Assembly: GCA_040954595.2 (NCBI GenBank)
Contig: CM082591.2
Location: forward strand, 1,959,745-2,023,744
From: Balanoglossus misakiensis
Taxonomy: Eukaryota > Animalia > Hemichordata
Direction of reading: 5' to 3'
DNA: 64,000 nt
The notes below the pieces were generated by a model. It saw only the letters and a list, made by a program, of their open reading frames with translations, did not search any database and had not been told where the DNA came from. The translations under genes were made by a program, and so were the position numbers. This document shows positions 1 through 14,790 of this stretch, in pieces (the first letter of the stretch is position 1; every line of letters starts with the position of its first letter).

Positions 1-1341
1 TGGTTGGACGTCTGACGCAGTTTGTTTTTCAAGTACTCATAGAAGCATAATTAAAAAAAAACGAACTCGAACTCAGGCATGCAGAACAAAAACGTGGAAA
101 ACTAAGAATTAATTGGTGGAAACTTCATATTTAAGCGAAAAAAACTCACAAAATTCGGGAGTTATATTTCAATGACAACCAACTTTGCTCCGAATGTTTG
201 CTTTTGCGTCGCTTGGTGGGGAAGTTAAACCGTTCCTTTTTATCAACATTCTTTATTAGTTCCCCTTTTCCTTAACTTTGCACGCAATGGAAATTTCCCG
301 CTACTCATTATATTCCAGCATTATTCCTGGCAGCATGCCATGCATGTGAGTGTACAAAATGCCAAATGAGAATTTGCCACGCCTTTTCCCGGCGAAGAAT
401 CGGCCGCCGAACGGGAATAGAGTGCAAATCAACACAAAAACAGTGTCAGTGTACTGTGTCGCGCCGCCGGGTTCAACGACGAGTCTTTAGGTCACAAAGT
501 TGTTTACAAACAGTGGAACACCTGCTGAAAAGAGGCCAGTGGGTCACGGTCCCTCATGCGGACGCGGTCAAGGCTGAACAACACTAAACACCGGTCCAAA
601 GCGCTGGGCCAAGGCACGCACCGGTCTTGTCTATGGTCTTGTCGTTTGTGTTCTGAGGCCGGGGTCGATCGCACATGAATCGCAAGCGCAGAGCTTCTAA
701 AAGAGATCGTCGCGGTACATCACGTGGAGGGCGAACTTGCGTTTCATTTCATTGTGTATGTTGTTAGGGAGCTTTCATTAATTATGGCAGGGGTGGGCTG
801 GAGGGATGTGGGGGTCAGTGGTACACATAAAAAGACGGTCCCTTCTCCAAGTCCCATCGCTAACTGTTACCCTGCTATTGTCTTTGTTTGTAAAATGTAA
901 AAACCGTTCAATGGTATTTCCCCAGACCCTTTTCTGGAGAGCAGCGCAAAGGCGTCTGGGTAACCGAGACTAGGCTGTGACGAGAACAGCGCCATCAGCG
1001 TCAGAATGGTGCTGCAAGATGATATCCGGACTGAGTTGTCAACCCGGGGTTGTCAGCCACTTTACGTGAGTTTCTCTCGAAATAGCTGAGGTTTCGCGAG
1101 AGTTTGGGTCCGAACTCTTAAGGTTCTTTGCCCCTCCCTCTTAGTTGTACACTGATGTAGTGCGTTGCAGTGAGTTGTCATATATGCGGTTGAAAGGTGA
1201 AGGCCAGTAGGTTATATTCTGACCTCGGGGAAAACAAATTGTGAAAGGAAAACACCTGAAAGTCGTGTGAGTGAATGAAGGTCGTTCTCACATGTCTCAG
1301 GAAAGACACCTAAATCTGGAGAACGATTCGAACCGACAATT

Positions 1342-1869
1342 ATGGAAGACAAAGTAGCGATCATAACAGGGGGTGCTGGCGGCATCGGAAAAGCACTAGC
1401 GGAAAGATTTCTTCAGGACAGAGCTAAAGTGAGTTGTCGGTGTCTCTTCATGCACAGATAATGTACAATGTAAACTTAATAATGGACACGTACATAAAAT
1501 CATACGCGGATGTCCTGTACCAAATTTCGAACATTTTACGCTTATCATACATCACGCCAGCAGATTAGTTGTTCAATTGTCTTCAAGGAAGAGTATAAAA
1601 TGGCTAAAGTTTTGTGTAAGAGTGCGTGGTCAAGTCTCATGACCTCGGAAGGTCAAGTATTTTTACTTCAACAAGACGGAGTGCGCCCTCATACTACGCA
1701 TTATGTTTTACTTTCAGAAGCCGAGCCACCATGATAAGACGATTACTTGGTAACGATAGAAAATGATTGAAATCTTCAATTACAAAAGCAGATATAAGGA
1801 GAGGCATTGGTAAATTCTACTGCAGATAACAGTAATGTGAAATGACGATAATTATGTGGCTAAAATAGA

Positions 1870-1922
<53 letters not shown>

Positions 1923-4100
1923 TCACTCAGGGCGTTGTCATCGCTGATGTTGCAGATGAAAATGGCGCTGACGTCATCAAAGAGTTCAGGAAACAGTATG
2001 GTGAAGAAAGGATCTTGTATGTTCACTGTGACGTCACGTCGGAAGCTGAATTCAGAGGTGGGTTCATAAGTCGACTCGGAGGTTGACTTGTAGATTTTTT
2101 TTTACATCAGAAGTATACCGGACTGGTTTTGAAATCTGTCATATGATAAGCATGGTTTAGGATAATACGATGTTTCATGAATTTGGCTACAAATATGCAA
2201 ATTATTTTTTGCCAGATTGAATTCTGTTGTAAAGTTCGATTGTTTGAGATGTTTTTGTCGTCGGCAAGAAATCAATATTTCCCCCATGATTTTCACTATT
2301 GTAACTCTTCGGAGTATTGCCGTGTTGATCTTCGCTACAATATGCACATTTGCATTCCCATTAACATTTCTATTGTTCAATTTTCACACCCACCCTTCTT
2401 TTGTTTTCTGATGCACCTGGTCCTGCACATATTTCCTACTTTGAATACCCCATGATTCTCTGGATTCTCTGTTTCTCTGTTCATTCCACGTGTGCATCTG
2501 ATGAAGGGGACTACATGTTCCCGAAAGCTCTAGTTTCAACTCGTTGATCACAGAGTGCTACATAACTTTATTGCATATCGTAACTCTGTCATTCTGTACA
2601 GCGGCCTTTGAAGAAACCAAGAGAAAATATGGCTGTATCGACGTTCTTTGTAACAATGCCGGTCGTATGAACGAAATCGACTGGGAGAAAACCTTGGAAG
2701 TGAACTTAGTAAGTTTTAATTAAAAGTTTGCCACATAAATTCAATAATTGATTCATGTAGGCCTATTATAGCCATGATTTCCGTTAGCTGGGTCCCACAC
2801 ACTCTAGAACGATTTTCACACTTTGTTTAAAAAAATCGAGACCGCACCTACTCCGTAATACTCTCGGATTTAAATTTCGTTTACGCTTGTGTTGTCATAG
2901 AAATCCGTCATTCGGGGAACATATCTTGCTGTAGAGTACATGGGTGTGAAGAATGGTGGCAAGGGCGGGATGGTCATAAACACATCGTCTGCTAGAGGTA
3001 AAGTAATCATTGATATTTGTAGATATTACTTAGCATTCTGCTTTGTAGCTGTAATGACAATCCGTAATAAAATATAGGAGTGAATCCACAGACAATTCTG
3101 TAGGCTAAACCATGTCCGATTTAAAAGAAAGCTTTTCTCATATAATACATAATTCTTTGTGCATTTTTTTTCATTTTAGCCCTTATACCACAGCCTATAA
3201 ATCCGATGTATTGTATTTCGAAGGCTGGGATCGTAGCAATGGTACGAAATGTGTCGGTACGTAATTTTGCCTTGCTTGGGGTACATAATCTGCAGCAATT
3301 AGAGGCAGACAATCGTCTTGTGCGCATGACCGTTATTTCGTGTGTACAAATATGTAAAATCCCAATGTTATGCAAATTTTCTGTTCGACGCATTCAAATA
3401 GTGGGCAGCCTTCGCTTCCTTCCATATTTCATGCGCACCGTATATTCTTTTCACCCAATTTGCTGCTTTTACTTTTAACAGTTAGAGCCCCGATTTCTTG
3501 AAAATGAAGTCAGTGTAACAGCGATATGCCCAGGTAGGGTGGACACGGACCTGCACGAGAATGTTGTCACTTTGTACCCAGAACAATTCAACGCTGCGAG
3601 GGCTCCAGTACCGATCACGCCGTAAGTATTATGGGAACGTACAGTCCGAATCAAACAGCGAATATCTGTTGGTTATTTACAAATCTTGCAAATGACAGAA
3701 AGAGATGATCCGTATTTTGGGCTAGACTCTCTCACAGCCTCTCTCGCCGTCCGTGCAGGCTTATGGTCTGATTGCATGTGTGCCCGGCTACACAACACCA
3801 AACGGTGCTACTCCCTTGCCAAACGGTTGAGGGCGCGTCAGTGAAGAGCCTTGTAGCGAACCGTGGGCTGTGAGTCAAATTTTAGGCCAAGTTTGCCAAA
3901 ACTAAAATCTGTAAATAAACTCGGTATGTAAGTTGATGTCACAGTTCTGGATTTTTCATATTTCTTGCAGTATGTCGTATGTCACTGATGCTGTTTGTAA
4001 GCTGATTGCGAATCCGAAAGAAATGAACGGTGCTGTGCTTTTGATCTTACACAACAAGCCAATGGAAGTGGTTTCTTTCCCGGAATACACTATGCATTGA
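1342..4100 (+). CDS. HPGD: 15-hydroxyprostaglandin dehydrogenase-like short-chain dehydrogenase/reductase, 7 coding exons, ~254 aa
   Basis: Exons 1342-1428, 1931-2057, 2602-2708, 2901-2997, 3180-3256, 3482-3621 and 3971-4100 are all GT-AG with consistent phases (765 nt, ends TGA). SDR motifs: KVAIITGGAGGIG (Rossmann fold), DVLCNNAG, GGKGGMVINTSS, catalytic YCISK, AICPG. Family assignment is from motif recall; exact orthology and substrate are not proven. Confidence 0.85.
1873..1924 (+). repeat. (CT)n microsatellite forming the polypyrimidine tract of HPGD-like exon 2
   Basis: ~23 CT units end just before the CTCAG acceptor at 1930. Confidence 0.95.
2498..2530 (+). other. Minimal hammerhead-ribozyme-like motif (Penelope-type remnant?) in HPGD intron 2
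   Basis: CTGATGA-A, stem II GGGGAC/TACAT/GTTCCC, GAAA, then palindromic AGCT-C. Stem I pairing is not evident. Confidence 0.35.
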
Positions 4101-4259
4101 AGAAGTCGTTTATGTTCTGCGCGTACATCCTTAAAACAAACCGATAAAGTGACGTGCAGAGTGATTTTTTTACGTATTTTTTTCACATCTACTGTAATTT
4201 TAAAGGTCCATAGCGACCACTATATACACATTTTTACGATACTGTTATGTCTTATAAGA

Positions 4260-4265
4260 AATAAA
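4260..4265 (+). promoter_or_regulatory. Polyadenylation signal of the HPGD-like gene
   Basis: AATAAA 160 nt after the stop codon. Confidence 0.6.
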
Positions 4266-4879
4266 CAAATCAAATCGAACACTCAACAGCTTTCGTATGG
4301 TTATTGAAATATGTAGCAATATATTATAAAGGGATTACATGTAATGTGTTACGACACACCCTATTTGGTTGCTTTGCGAAATTCCGAAAAAAATCATGGG
4401 TTATAGCTCATGAAAATCATCGTAAAATGACGATGTTCAGACTGCGAAATTTCGAATTTTCTTCATTTTTTGAAAAATCATGGGTTAAAGCTCATGAAAA
4501 TTTTCAAAAAATGACATTTTTCCGATCTTGCGAATTTGAAAATTTTCATGAGCTATAACCCATGATTTTTTTCAAAAAATGATGAAATTTTTAAAGTTCT
4601 CCAAATCGAAAAATTGTCGCATTTTGATGATTTTCATGAGCTATAATCCATGAAAAATATCAAAAAATGACAAATTCGCAAGATCGGAAAAATGTCATTT
4701 TTTGAAAATTTTCATGAGCTATAACCCATGATTTTTTTCAAAAAATGATTAAATTTTTAAAGTTCTCCAAATCGAAAAATTGTCGCATTTGATGATTTTC
4801 ATGAGCTATAACAAATGAAAAATATAAAAAAATGACAAATTCGCAAGATCGGAAAAATGTCATTTTTTGAAAATTTTCC

Positions 4880-7800
4880 TGAGCTATAACCCATGTTTTT
4901 TTCAAAAAATGACCAAATTTTGAAAATTCGCAAAGTCGAAAAATCCTCGATTTTTCACGATTTTCCTGAGCTATAACCCATGGTTTTTTCAAAAAATGAC
5001 CAAATTTCGAAAATTCGCAAAGTCGAAAAATCATCGATTTTTCACGATTTTCCTGAGCTATAACCCATGGTTCTTTCAAAAAATGACCAAATTTCGAAAA
5101 TTCGCAAAGTCGAAAAATCGTCGATTTTTCACGATTTTCCTGAGCTATAACCCATGGTTCTTTCAAAAAATGACCAAATTTTGAAAATTCGCAAAGTCGA
5201 AAAATCGTCGATTTTTCACGATTTTCCTGAGCTATAACCCATGGTTTTTTCAAAAAATGACCAAATTTTGAAAATTCGCAAAGTCGAAAAATCGTCGATT
5301 TTTCACGATTTTCCTGAGCTATAACCCATGGTTTTTTCAAAAAATGACCAAATTTCGAAAATTCGCAAAGTCGAAAAATCGTCGATTTTTCACGATTTTC
5401 CTGAGCTATAACACATGGTTTTTTCAAAAAATGACCAAATTTCGAAAATTCGCAAAGTCGAAAAATCGTCGATTTTTCACGATTTTCCTGAGCTATAACC
5501 CATGGTTTTTTCAAAAAATGACCAAATTTCGAAAATTCGCAAAGTCGAAAAATCGTCGATTTTTCACGATTTTCCTGAGCTATAACCCATGGTTTTTTCA
5601 AAAAATGACCAAATTTTGAAAATTCGCAAAGTCGAAAAATCGTCGATTTTTCACGATTTTCCTGAGCTATAACCCATGGTTTTTTCAAAAAATGACCAAA
5701 TTTTGAAAATTCGCAAAGTCGAAAAATCGTCGATTTTTCACGATTTTCCTGAGCTATAACCCATGGTTTTTTTCAAAAAATGTCCAAATTTTGAAAATTC
5801 GCAAAGTCGAAAAATCGTCGATTTTTCACGATTTTCCTGAGCTATAACCCATGGTTTTTTCAAAAAATGACCAAATTTTGAAAATTCGCAAAGTCGAAAA
5901 ATCGTCGATTTTTCACGATTTTCCTGAGCTATAACCCATGGTTTTTTCAAAAAATGACCAAATTTCGAAAATTCGCAAAGTCGAAAAATCGTCGATTTTT
6001 CACGATTTTCCTGAGCTATAACCCATGGTTTTTTTAAAAAATGACCAAATTTCGAAAATTCGCAAAGTCGAAAAATCGTCGATTTTTCACGATTTTCCTG
6101 AGCTATAACCCATGGTTTTTTCAAAAAATGACCAAATTTTGAAAATTCGCAAAGTCGAAAAATCGTCGATTTTTCACGATTTTCCTGAGCTATAACCCAT
6201 GTTTTTTTCAAAAAATGACCAAATTTCGAAAATTCGCAAAGTCGAAAAATCGTCGATTTTTCACGATTTTCCTGAGCTATAACCCATGGTTTTTTCAAAA
6301 AATGACCAAATTTCGAAAATTCGCAAAGTCGAAAAATCGTCGATTTTTCACGATTTTCCTGAGCTATAACCCATGGTTTTTTCAAAAAATGACCAAATTT
6401 CGAAAATTCGCAAAGTCGAAAAATCGTCGATTTTTCACGATTTTCCTGAGCTATAACCCATGGTTTTTTCAAAAAATGACCAAATTTCGAAAATTCGCAA
6501 AGTCGAAAAATCGTCGATTTTTTACGATTTTCCTGAGCTATAACCCATGGTTTTTTTAAAAAATGACCAAATTTCGAAAATTCGCAAAGTCGAAAAATCC
6601 TCGATTTTTGGCGATTTTCCTGGGCTATAACCCATGATTTTTTCAAAAAATGACCAAATTTCGAAAATTCGCAAAGTCGAAAAATCGTCGATTTTTCACG
6701 ATTTTCCTGAGCTATAACCCATGGTTTTTTCAAAAAATGACCAAATTTCGAAAATTCGCAAAGTCGAAAAATCGTCGATTTTTCACGATTTTCCTGAGCT
6801 ATAACCCATGGTTTTTTCAAAAAATGACCAAATTTCGAAAATTCGCAAAGTCGAAAAATCGTCGATTTTTCACGATTTTCCTGAGCTATAACCCATGGTT
6901 TTTTCAAAAAAATGACCAAATTTCGAAAATTCGCAAAGTCGTAAAATCGTCGATTTTTCACGATTTTCCTGAGCTATAACCCATGGTTTTTTCAAAAAAT
7001 GACCAAATTTAGAAAATTCGCAAAGTCGAAAAATCGTCGATTTTTCACGATTTTCCTGAGCTATAACCCATGGTTTTTTCAAAAAATGACCAAATTTTGA
7101 AAATTCGCAAAGTCGAAAAATCGTCGATTTTTCACGATTTTCCTGAGCTATAACCCATGGTTTTTTCAAAAAATGACCAAATTTTGAAAATTCGCAAAGT
7201 CGAAAAATCGTCGATTTTTCACGATTTTCCTGAGCTATAACCCATGGTTTTTTCAAAAAATGACCAAATTTCGAAAATTCGCAAAGTCGAAAAATCGTCG
7301 ATTTTTCACGATTTTCCTGAGCTATAACCCATGGTTTTTTTTAAAAATGACCAAATTTCGAAAATTCGCAAAGTCGAAAAATCGTCGATTTTTCACGATT
7401 TTCCTGAGCTATAACCCATGGTTTTTTCAAAAAATGACCAAATTTCGAAAATTCGCAAAGTCGAAAAATCGTCGATTTTTCACGATTTTCCTGAGCTATA
7501 ACCCATGGTTTTTTCAAAAAATGACCAAATTTCGAAAATTCGCAAAGTCGAAAAATCGTCGATTTTTCACGATTTTCCTGAGCTATAACCCATGGTTTTT
7601 TCAAACAATGACCAAATTTCGAAAATTCGCAAAGTCGAAAAATCGTCGATTTTTCACGATTTTCCTGAGCTATAACCCATGGTTTTTTCAAAAAATGACC
7701 AAATTTCGAAAATTCGCAAAGTCGAAAAATCGTCGATTTTTCACGATTTTCCTGAGCTATAACCCATGGTTTTTTCAAAAAATGACCAAATTTTGAAAAT

Positions 7801-10800
7801 TCGCAAAGTCGAAAAATCGTCGATTTTTCACGATTTTCCTGAGCTATAACCCATGGTTTTTTCAAAAAATGACCAAATTTTGAAAATTCGCAAAGTCGAA
7901 AAATCGTCGATTTTTCACGATTTTCCTGAGCTATAACCCATGGTTTTTTTCAAAAAATGTCCAAATTTTGAAAATTCGCAAAGTCGAAAAATCGTCGATT
8001 TTTCACGATTTTCCTGAGCTATAACCCATGGTTTTTTTCAAAAAATGTCCAAATTTTGAAAATTCGCAAAGTCGAAAAATCGTCGATTTTTCACGATTTT
8101 CCTGAGCTATAACCCATGGTTTTTTCAAAAAATGACCAAATTTCGAAAATTCGCAAAGTCGAAAAATCGTCGATTTTTCACGATTTTCCTGAGCTATAAC
8201 CCATGGTTTTTTCAAAAAATGACCAAATTTCGAAAATTCGCAAAGTCGAAAAATCGTCGATTTTTCACGATTTTCCTGAGCTATAACCCATGGTTTTTTC
8301 AAAAAATGACCAAATTTTGAAAATTCGCAAAGTCGAAAAATCGTCGATTTTTCACGATTTTCCTGAGCTATAACCCATGGTTTTTTCAAAAAATGACCAA
8401 ATTTTGAAAATTCGCAAAGTCGAAAAATCGTCGATTTTTCACGATTTTCCTGAGCTATAACCCATGTTTTTTTCAAAAAATGACCAAATTTCGAAAATTC
8501 GCAAAGTCGAAAAATCGTCGATTTTTCACGATTTTCCTGAGCTATAACCCATGGTTTTTTCAAAAAATGACCAAATTTTGAAAATTCGCAAAGTCGAAAA
8601 ATCGTCGATTTTTCACGATTTTCCTGAGCTATAACCCATGGTTTTTTCAAAAAATGACCAAATTTTGAAAATTCGCAAAGTCGAAAAATCGTCGATTTTT
8701 CACGATTTTCCTGAGCTATAACCCATGGTTTTTTTTAAAAAATGACCAAATTTTGAAAATTCGCAAAGTCGAAAAATCGTCGATTTTTCACGATTTTCCT
8801 GAGCTATAACCCATGGTTTTTTTTAAAAAATGACCAAATTTCGAAAATTCGCAAAGTCGAAAAATCGTCGATTTTTCACGATTTTCCTGAGCTATAACCC
8901 ATGGTTTTTTCAAAAAATGACCAAATTTTGAAAATTCGCAAAGTCGAAAAATCGTCGATTTTTCACGATTTTCCTGAGCTATAACCCATGGTTTTTTTTT
9001 AAAAATGACCAAATTTTGAAAATTCGCAAAGTCGAAAAATCGTCGATTTTTCACGATTTTCCTGAGCTATAACCCATGGTTTTTTCAAAAAATGACCAAA
9101 TTTTGAAAATTCGCAAAGTCGAAAAATCGTCGATTTTTCACGATTTTCCTGAGCTATAACCCATGGTTTTTTCAAAAAATGACCAAATTTTGAAAATTCG
9201 CAAAGTCGAAAAATCGTCGATTTTTCACGATTTTCCTGAGCTATAACCCATGGTTTTTTCAAAAAATGACCAAATTTTGAAAATTCGCAAAGTCGAAAAA
9301 TCGTCGATTTTTCACGATTTTCCTGAGCTATAACCCATGGTTTTTTTTAATAAATGACCAAATTTCGATTATTCGCAAAGTCGAAAAATCGTCGATTTTT
9401 CACGATTTTCCTGAGCTATAACCCATGGTTTTTTTCAAAAAATGTCCAAATTTTGAAAATTCGCAAAGTCGAAAAATCGTCGATTTTTCACGATTTTCCT
9501 GAGCTATAACCCATGGTTTTTTCAAAAAATGACCAAATTTCGAAAATTCGCAAAGTCGAAAAATCGTCGATTTTTCACGATTTTCCTGAGCTATAACCCA
9601 TGGTTTTTTCAAAAAATGACCAAATTTCGAAAATTCGCAAAGTCGAAAAATCGTCGATTTTTCACGATTTTCCTGAGCTATAACCCATGGTTTTTTCAAA
9701 AAATGACCAAATTTCGAAAATTCGTAAAGTCGAAAAATCGTCGATTTTTCACGATTTTCCTGAGCTATAACCCATGTTTTTTTCAAAAAATGACCAAATT
9801 TCGAAAATTCGCAAAGTCGAAAAATCGTCGATTTTTCACGATTTTCCTGAGCTATAACCCATGGTTTTTTCAAAAAATGACCAAATTTCGAAAATTCGCA
9901 AAGTCGAAAAATCGTCGATTTTTCACGATTTTCCTGAGCTATAACCCATGGTTTTTTCAAAAAATGACCAAATTTCGAAAATTCGCAAAGTCGAAAAATC
10001 GTCGATTTTTCACGATTTTCCTGAGCTATAACCCATGGTTTTTTCAAAAAATGACCAAATTTTGAAAATTCGCAAAGTCGAAAAATCGTCGATTTTTCAC
10101 GATTTTCCTGAGCTATAACCCATGGTTTTTTTCAAAAAATGACCAAATTTCGAAAATTCGCAAAGTCGAAAAATCGTCGATTTTTCACGATTTTCCTGAG
10201 CTATAACCCATGTTTTTTTTAAAAAATGACCAAATTTCGAAAATTCGCAAAGTCGAAAAATCGTCGATTTTTCACGATTTTCCTGAGCTATAACCCATGG
10301 TTTTTTCAAAAAATGACCAAATTTTGAAAATTCGCAAAGTCGAAAAATCGTCGATTTTTCACGATTTTCCTGAGCTATAACCCATGGTTTTTTCAAAAAA
10401 TGACCAAATTTCGAAAATTCGCAAAGTCGAAAAATCGTCGATTTTTCACGATTTTCCTGAGCTATAACCCATGGTTTTTTCAAAAAATGACCAAATTTCG
10501 AAAATTCGCAAAGTCGAAAAATCGTCGATTTTTCACGATTTTCCTGAGCTATAACCCATGGTTTTTTCAAAAAATGACCAAATTTCGAAAATTCGCAAAG
10601 TCGAAAAATCGTCGATTTTTCACGATTTTCCTGAGCTATAACCCATGGTTTTTTCAAAAAATGACCAAATTTCGAAAATTCGCAAAGTCGAAAAATCGTC
10701 GATTTTTCACGATTTTCCTGAGCTATAACCCATGGTTTTTTCAAAAAATGACCAAATTTCGAAAATTCGCAAAGTCGATAAATCGTCGATTTTTCACGAT

Positions 10801-13800
10801 TTTCCTGAGCTATAACCCATGGTTTTTTCAAAAAATGACCAAATTTCGAAAATTCGCAAAGTCGAAAAATCGTCGATTTTTCACGATTTTCCTGAGCTAT
10901 AACCCATGGTTTTTTCAAAAAATGACCAAATTTCGAAAATTCGCAAAGTCGAAAAATCGTCGATTTTTCACGATTTTCCTGAGCTATAACCCATGGTTTT
11001 TTCAAAAACTGACCAAATTTTGAAAATTCGCAAAGTCGAAAAATCGTCGATTTTTCACGATTTTCCTGAGCTATAACCCATGGTTTTTTCAAACAATGAC
11101 CAAATTTCGAAAATTCGCAAAGTCGAAAAATCGTCGATTTTTCACGATTTTCCTGAGCTATAACCCATGGTTTTTTCAAACAATGACCAAATTTCGAAAA
11201 TTCGCAAAGTCGAAAAATCGTCGATTTTTCACGATTTTTCTGAGCTATAACCCATGGTTTTTTCAAAAAATGACCAAATTTTGAAAATTCGCAAAGTCGA
11301 AAAATCGTCGATTTTTCACGATTTTCCTGAGCTATAACCCATGGTTTTTTCAAAAAATGACCAAATTTCGAAAATTCGCAAAGTCGAAAAATCGTCGATT
11401 TTTCACGATTTTCCTGAGCTATAACCCATGTTTTTTTCAAAAAATGTCCAAATTTCGAAAATTCGCAAAGTCGAAAAATCGTCGATTTTTCACGATTTTC
11501 CTGAGCTATAACCCATGTTTTTTTCAAAAAATGACCAAATTTCGAAAATTCGCAAAGTCGAAAAATCGTCGATTTTTCACGATTTTCCTGAGCTATAACC
11601 CATGGTTTTTTCAAAAAATGACCAAATTTTGAAAATTCGCAAAGTCGAAAAAACGTCGATTTTTCACGATTTTCCTGAGCTATAACCCATGGTTTTTTCA
11701 AAAAATGACCAAATTTTGAAAATTCGCAAAGTCGAAAAATCGTCGATTTTTCACGATTTTCCTGAGCTATAACCCATGGTTTTTTCAAAAAATGACCAAA
11801 TTTCGAAAATTCGCAAAGTCGAAAAATCGTCGATTTTTCACGATTTTCCTGGGCTATAACCCATGGTTTTTTCAAAAAATGACCAAATTTCGAAAATTCG
11901 CAAAGTCGAAAAATCGTCGATTTTTCACGATTTTCCTGAGCTATAACCCATGGTTTTTTCAAAAAATGACCAAATTTTGAAAATTCGCAAAGTCGAAAAA
12001 TCGTCGATTTTTCACGATTTTCCTGAGCTATAACCCATGGTTTTTTCAAAAAATGACCAAATTTTGAAAATTCGCAAAGTCGAAAAATCGTCGATTTTTC
12101 ACGATTTTCCTGAGCTATAACCCATGGTTTTTTCAAAAAATGACCAAATTTTGAAAATTCGCAAAGTCGAAAAATCGTCGATTTTTCACGATTTTCCTGA
12201 GCTATAACCCATGTTTTTTTCAAAAAATGTCCAAATTTTGAAAATTCGCAAAGTCGAAAAATCGTCGATTTTTCACGATTTTCCTGAGCTATAACCCATT
12301 GTTTTTTCAAAAAATGACCAAATTTTGAAAATTCGCAAAGTCGAAAAATCGTCGATTTTTCACGATTTTCCTGAGCTATAACCCATGGTTTTTTCAAAAA
12401 ATGACCAAATTTTGAAAATTCGCAAAGTCGAAAAATCGTCGATTATTCACGATTTTCCTGAGCTATAACCCATGTTTTTTTCAAAAAATGACCAAATTTC
12501 GAAAATTCGCAAAGTCGAAAAATCGTCGATTTTTCACGATTTTCCTGAGCTATAACCCATGGTTTTTTCAAAAAATGACCAAATTTCGAAAATTCGCAAA
12601 GTCGAAAAATCGTCGATTTTTCACGATTTTCCTGAGCTATAACCCATGTTTTTTTCAAAAAATGTCCAAATTTCGAAAATTCGCAAAGTCGAAAAATCGT
12701 CGATTTTTCACGATTTTCCTGAGCTATAACCCATGTTTTTTTCAAAAAATGACCAAATTTCGAAAATTCGCAAAGTCGAAAAATCGTCGATTTTTCACGA
12801 TTTTCCTGAGCTATAACCCATGGTTTTTTCAAAAAATGACCAAATTTTGAAAATTCGCAAAGTCGAAAAAACGTCGATTTTTCACGATTTTCCTGAGCTA
12901 TAACCCATGGTTTTTTCAAAAAATGACCAAATTTTGAAAATTCGCAAAGTCGAAAAATCGTCGATTTTTCACGATTTTCCTGAGCTATAACCCATGGTTT
13001 TTTCAAAAAATGACCAAATTTCGAAAATTCGCAAAGTCGAAAAATCGTCGATTTTTCACGATTTTCCTGGGCTATAACCCAGGGTTTTTTCAAAAAATGA
13101 CCAAATTTCGAAAATTCGCAAAGTCGAAAAATCGTCGATTTTTCACGATTTTCCTGAGCTATAACCCATGGTTTTTTCAAAAAATGACCAAATTTTGAAA
13201 ATTCGCAAAGTCGAAAAATCGTCGATTTTTCACGATTTTCCTGAGCTATAACCCATGGTTTTTTCAAAAAATGACCAAATTTTGAAAATTCGCAAAGTCG
13301 AAAAATCGTCGATTTTTCACGATTTTCCTGAGCTATAACCCATGGTTTTTTCAAAAAATGACCAAATTTTGAAAATTCGCAAAGTCGAAAAATCGTCGAT
13401 TTTTCACGATTTTCCTGAGCTATAACCCATGTTTTTTTCAAAAAATGTCCAAATTTTGAAAATTCGCAAAGTCGAAAAATCGTCGATTTTTCACGATTTT
13501 CCTGAGCTATAACCCATTGTTTTTTCAAAAAATGACCAAATTTTGAAAATTCGCAAAGTCGAAAAATCGTCGATTTTTCACGATTTTCCTGAGCTATAAC
13601 CCATGGTTTTTTCAAAAAATGACCAAATTTTGAAAATTCGCAAAGTCGAAAAATCGTCGATTTTTCACGATTTTCCTGAGCTATAACCCATGTTTTTTTC
13701 AAAAAATGACCAAATTTCGAAAATTCGCAAAGTCGAAAAATCGTCGATTTTTCACGATTTTCCTGAGCTATAACCCATGGTTTTTTCAAAAAATGACCAA

Positions 13801-14790
13801 ATTTCGAAAATTCGCAAAGTCGAAAAATCGTCGATTTTTCACGATTTTCCTGAGCTATAACCCATGGTTTTTTTTAAAAAATGACCAAATTTCGAAAATT
13901 CGCAAAGTCGAAAAATCGTCGATTTTTCACGATTTTCCTGGGCTATAACCCATGGTTTTTTCAAAAAATGTCCAAATTTTGAAAATTCGCAAAGTCGAAA
14001 AATCGTCGATTTTTCACGATTTTCCTGAGCTATAACCCATGGTTTTTTCAAAAAATGACCAAATTTTGAAAATTCGCAAAGTCGAAAAATCGTCGATTTT
14101 TCACGATTTTCCTGAGCTATAACCCATGTTTTTTTCAAAAAATGTCCAAATTTTGAAAATTCGCAAAGTCGAAAAATCGTCGATTTTTCACGATTTTCCT
14201 GAGCTATAACCCATGTTTTTTTCAAAAAATGACCAAATTTCGAAAATTCGCAAAGTCGAAAAATCGTCGATTTTTCACGATTTTCCTGAGCTATAACCCA
14301 TGGTTTTTTCAAAAAATGACCAAATTTCGAAAATTCGCAAAGTCGAAAAATCGTCGATTTTTCACGATTTTCCTGAGCTATAACCCATGGTTTTTTTTAA
14401 AAAATGACCAAATTTCGAAAATTCGCAAAGTCGAAAAATCGTCGATTTTTCACGATTTTCCTGAGCTATAACCCATGGTTTTTTCAAAAAATGACCAAAT
14501 TTCGAAAATTCGCAAAGTCGAAAAATCGTCGATTTTTCACGATTTTCCTGAGCTATAACCCATGGTTTTTTCAAAAAATGACCAAATTTCGAAAATTCGC
14601 AAAGTCGAAAAATCGTCGATTTTTCACGATTTTCCTGAGCTATAACCCATGGTTTTTTCAAAAAATGACCAAATTTCGAAAATTCGCAAAGTCGAAAAAT
14701 CGTCGATTTTTCACGATTTTCCTGAGCTATAACCCATGGTTTTTTCAAAAAATGACCAAATTTTGAAAATTCGCAAAGTCGAAAAATCGT
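4880..14790 (-). repeat. Left arm of the 87-bp satellite (~114 monomers, reverse orientation)
   Basis: GAGCTATAACCCATG recurs every 87 bp on the + strand. Confidence 0.97.

Noticed and set aside
1006-1341. Upstream coding exon extending the HPGD-like N-terminus
   Set aside because: A plausible donor (1066) and acceptor (1300) exist, but ATGs at 1006 and 1019 do not join in frame with 1342; more likely a 5' UTR exon.
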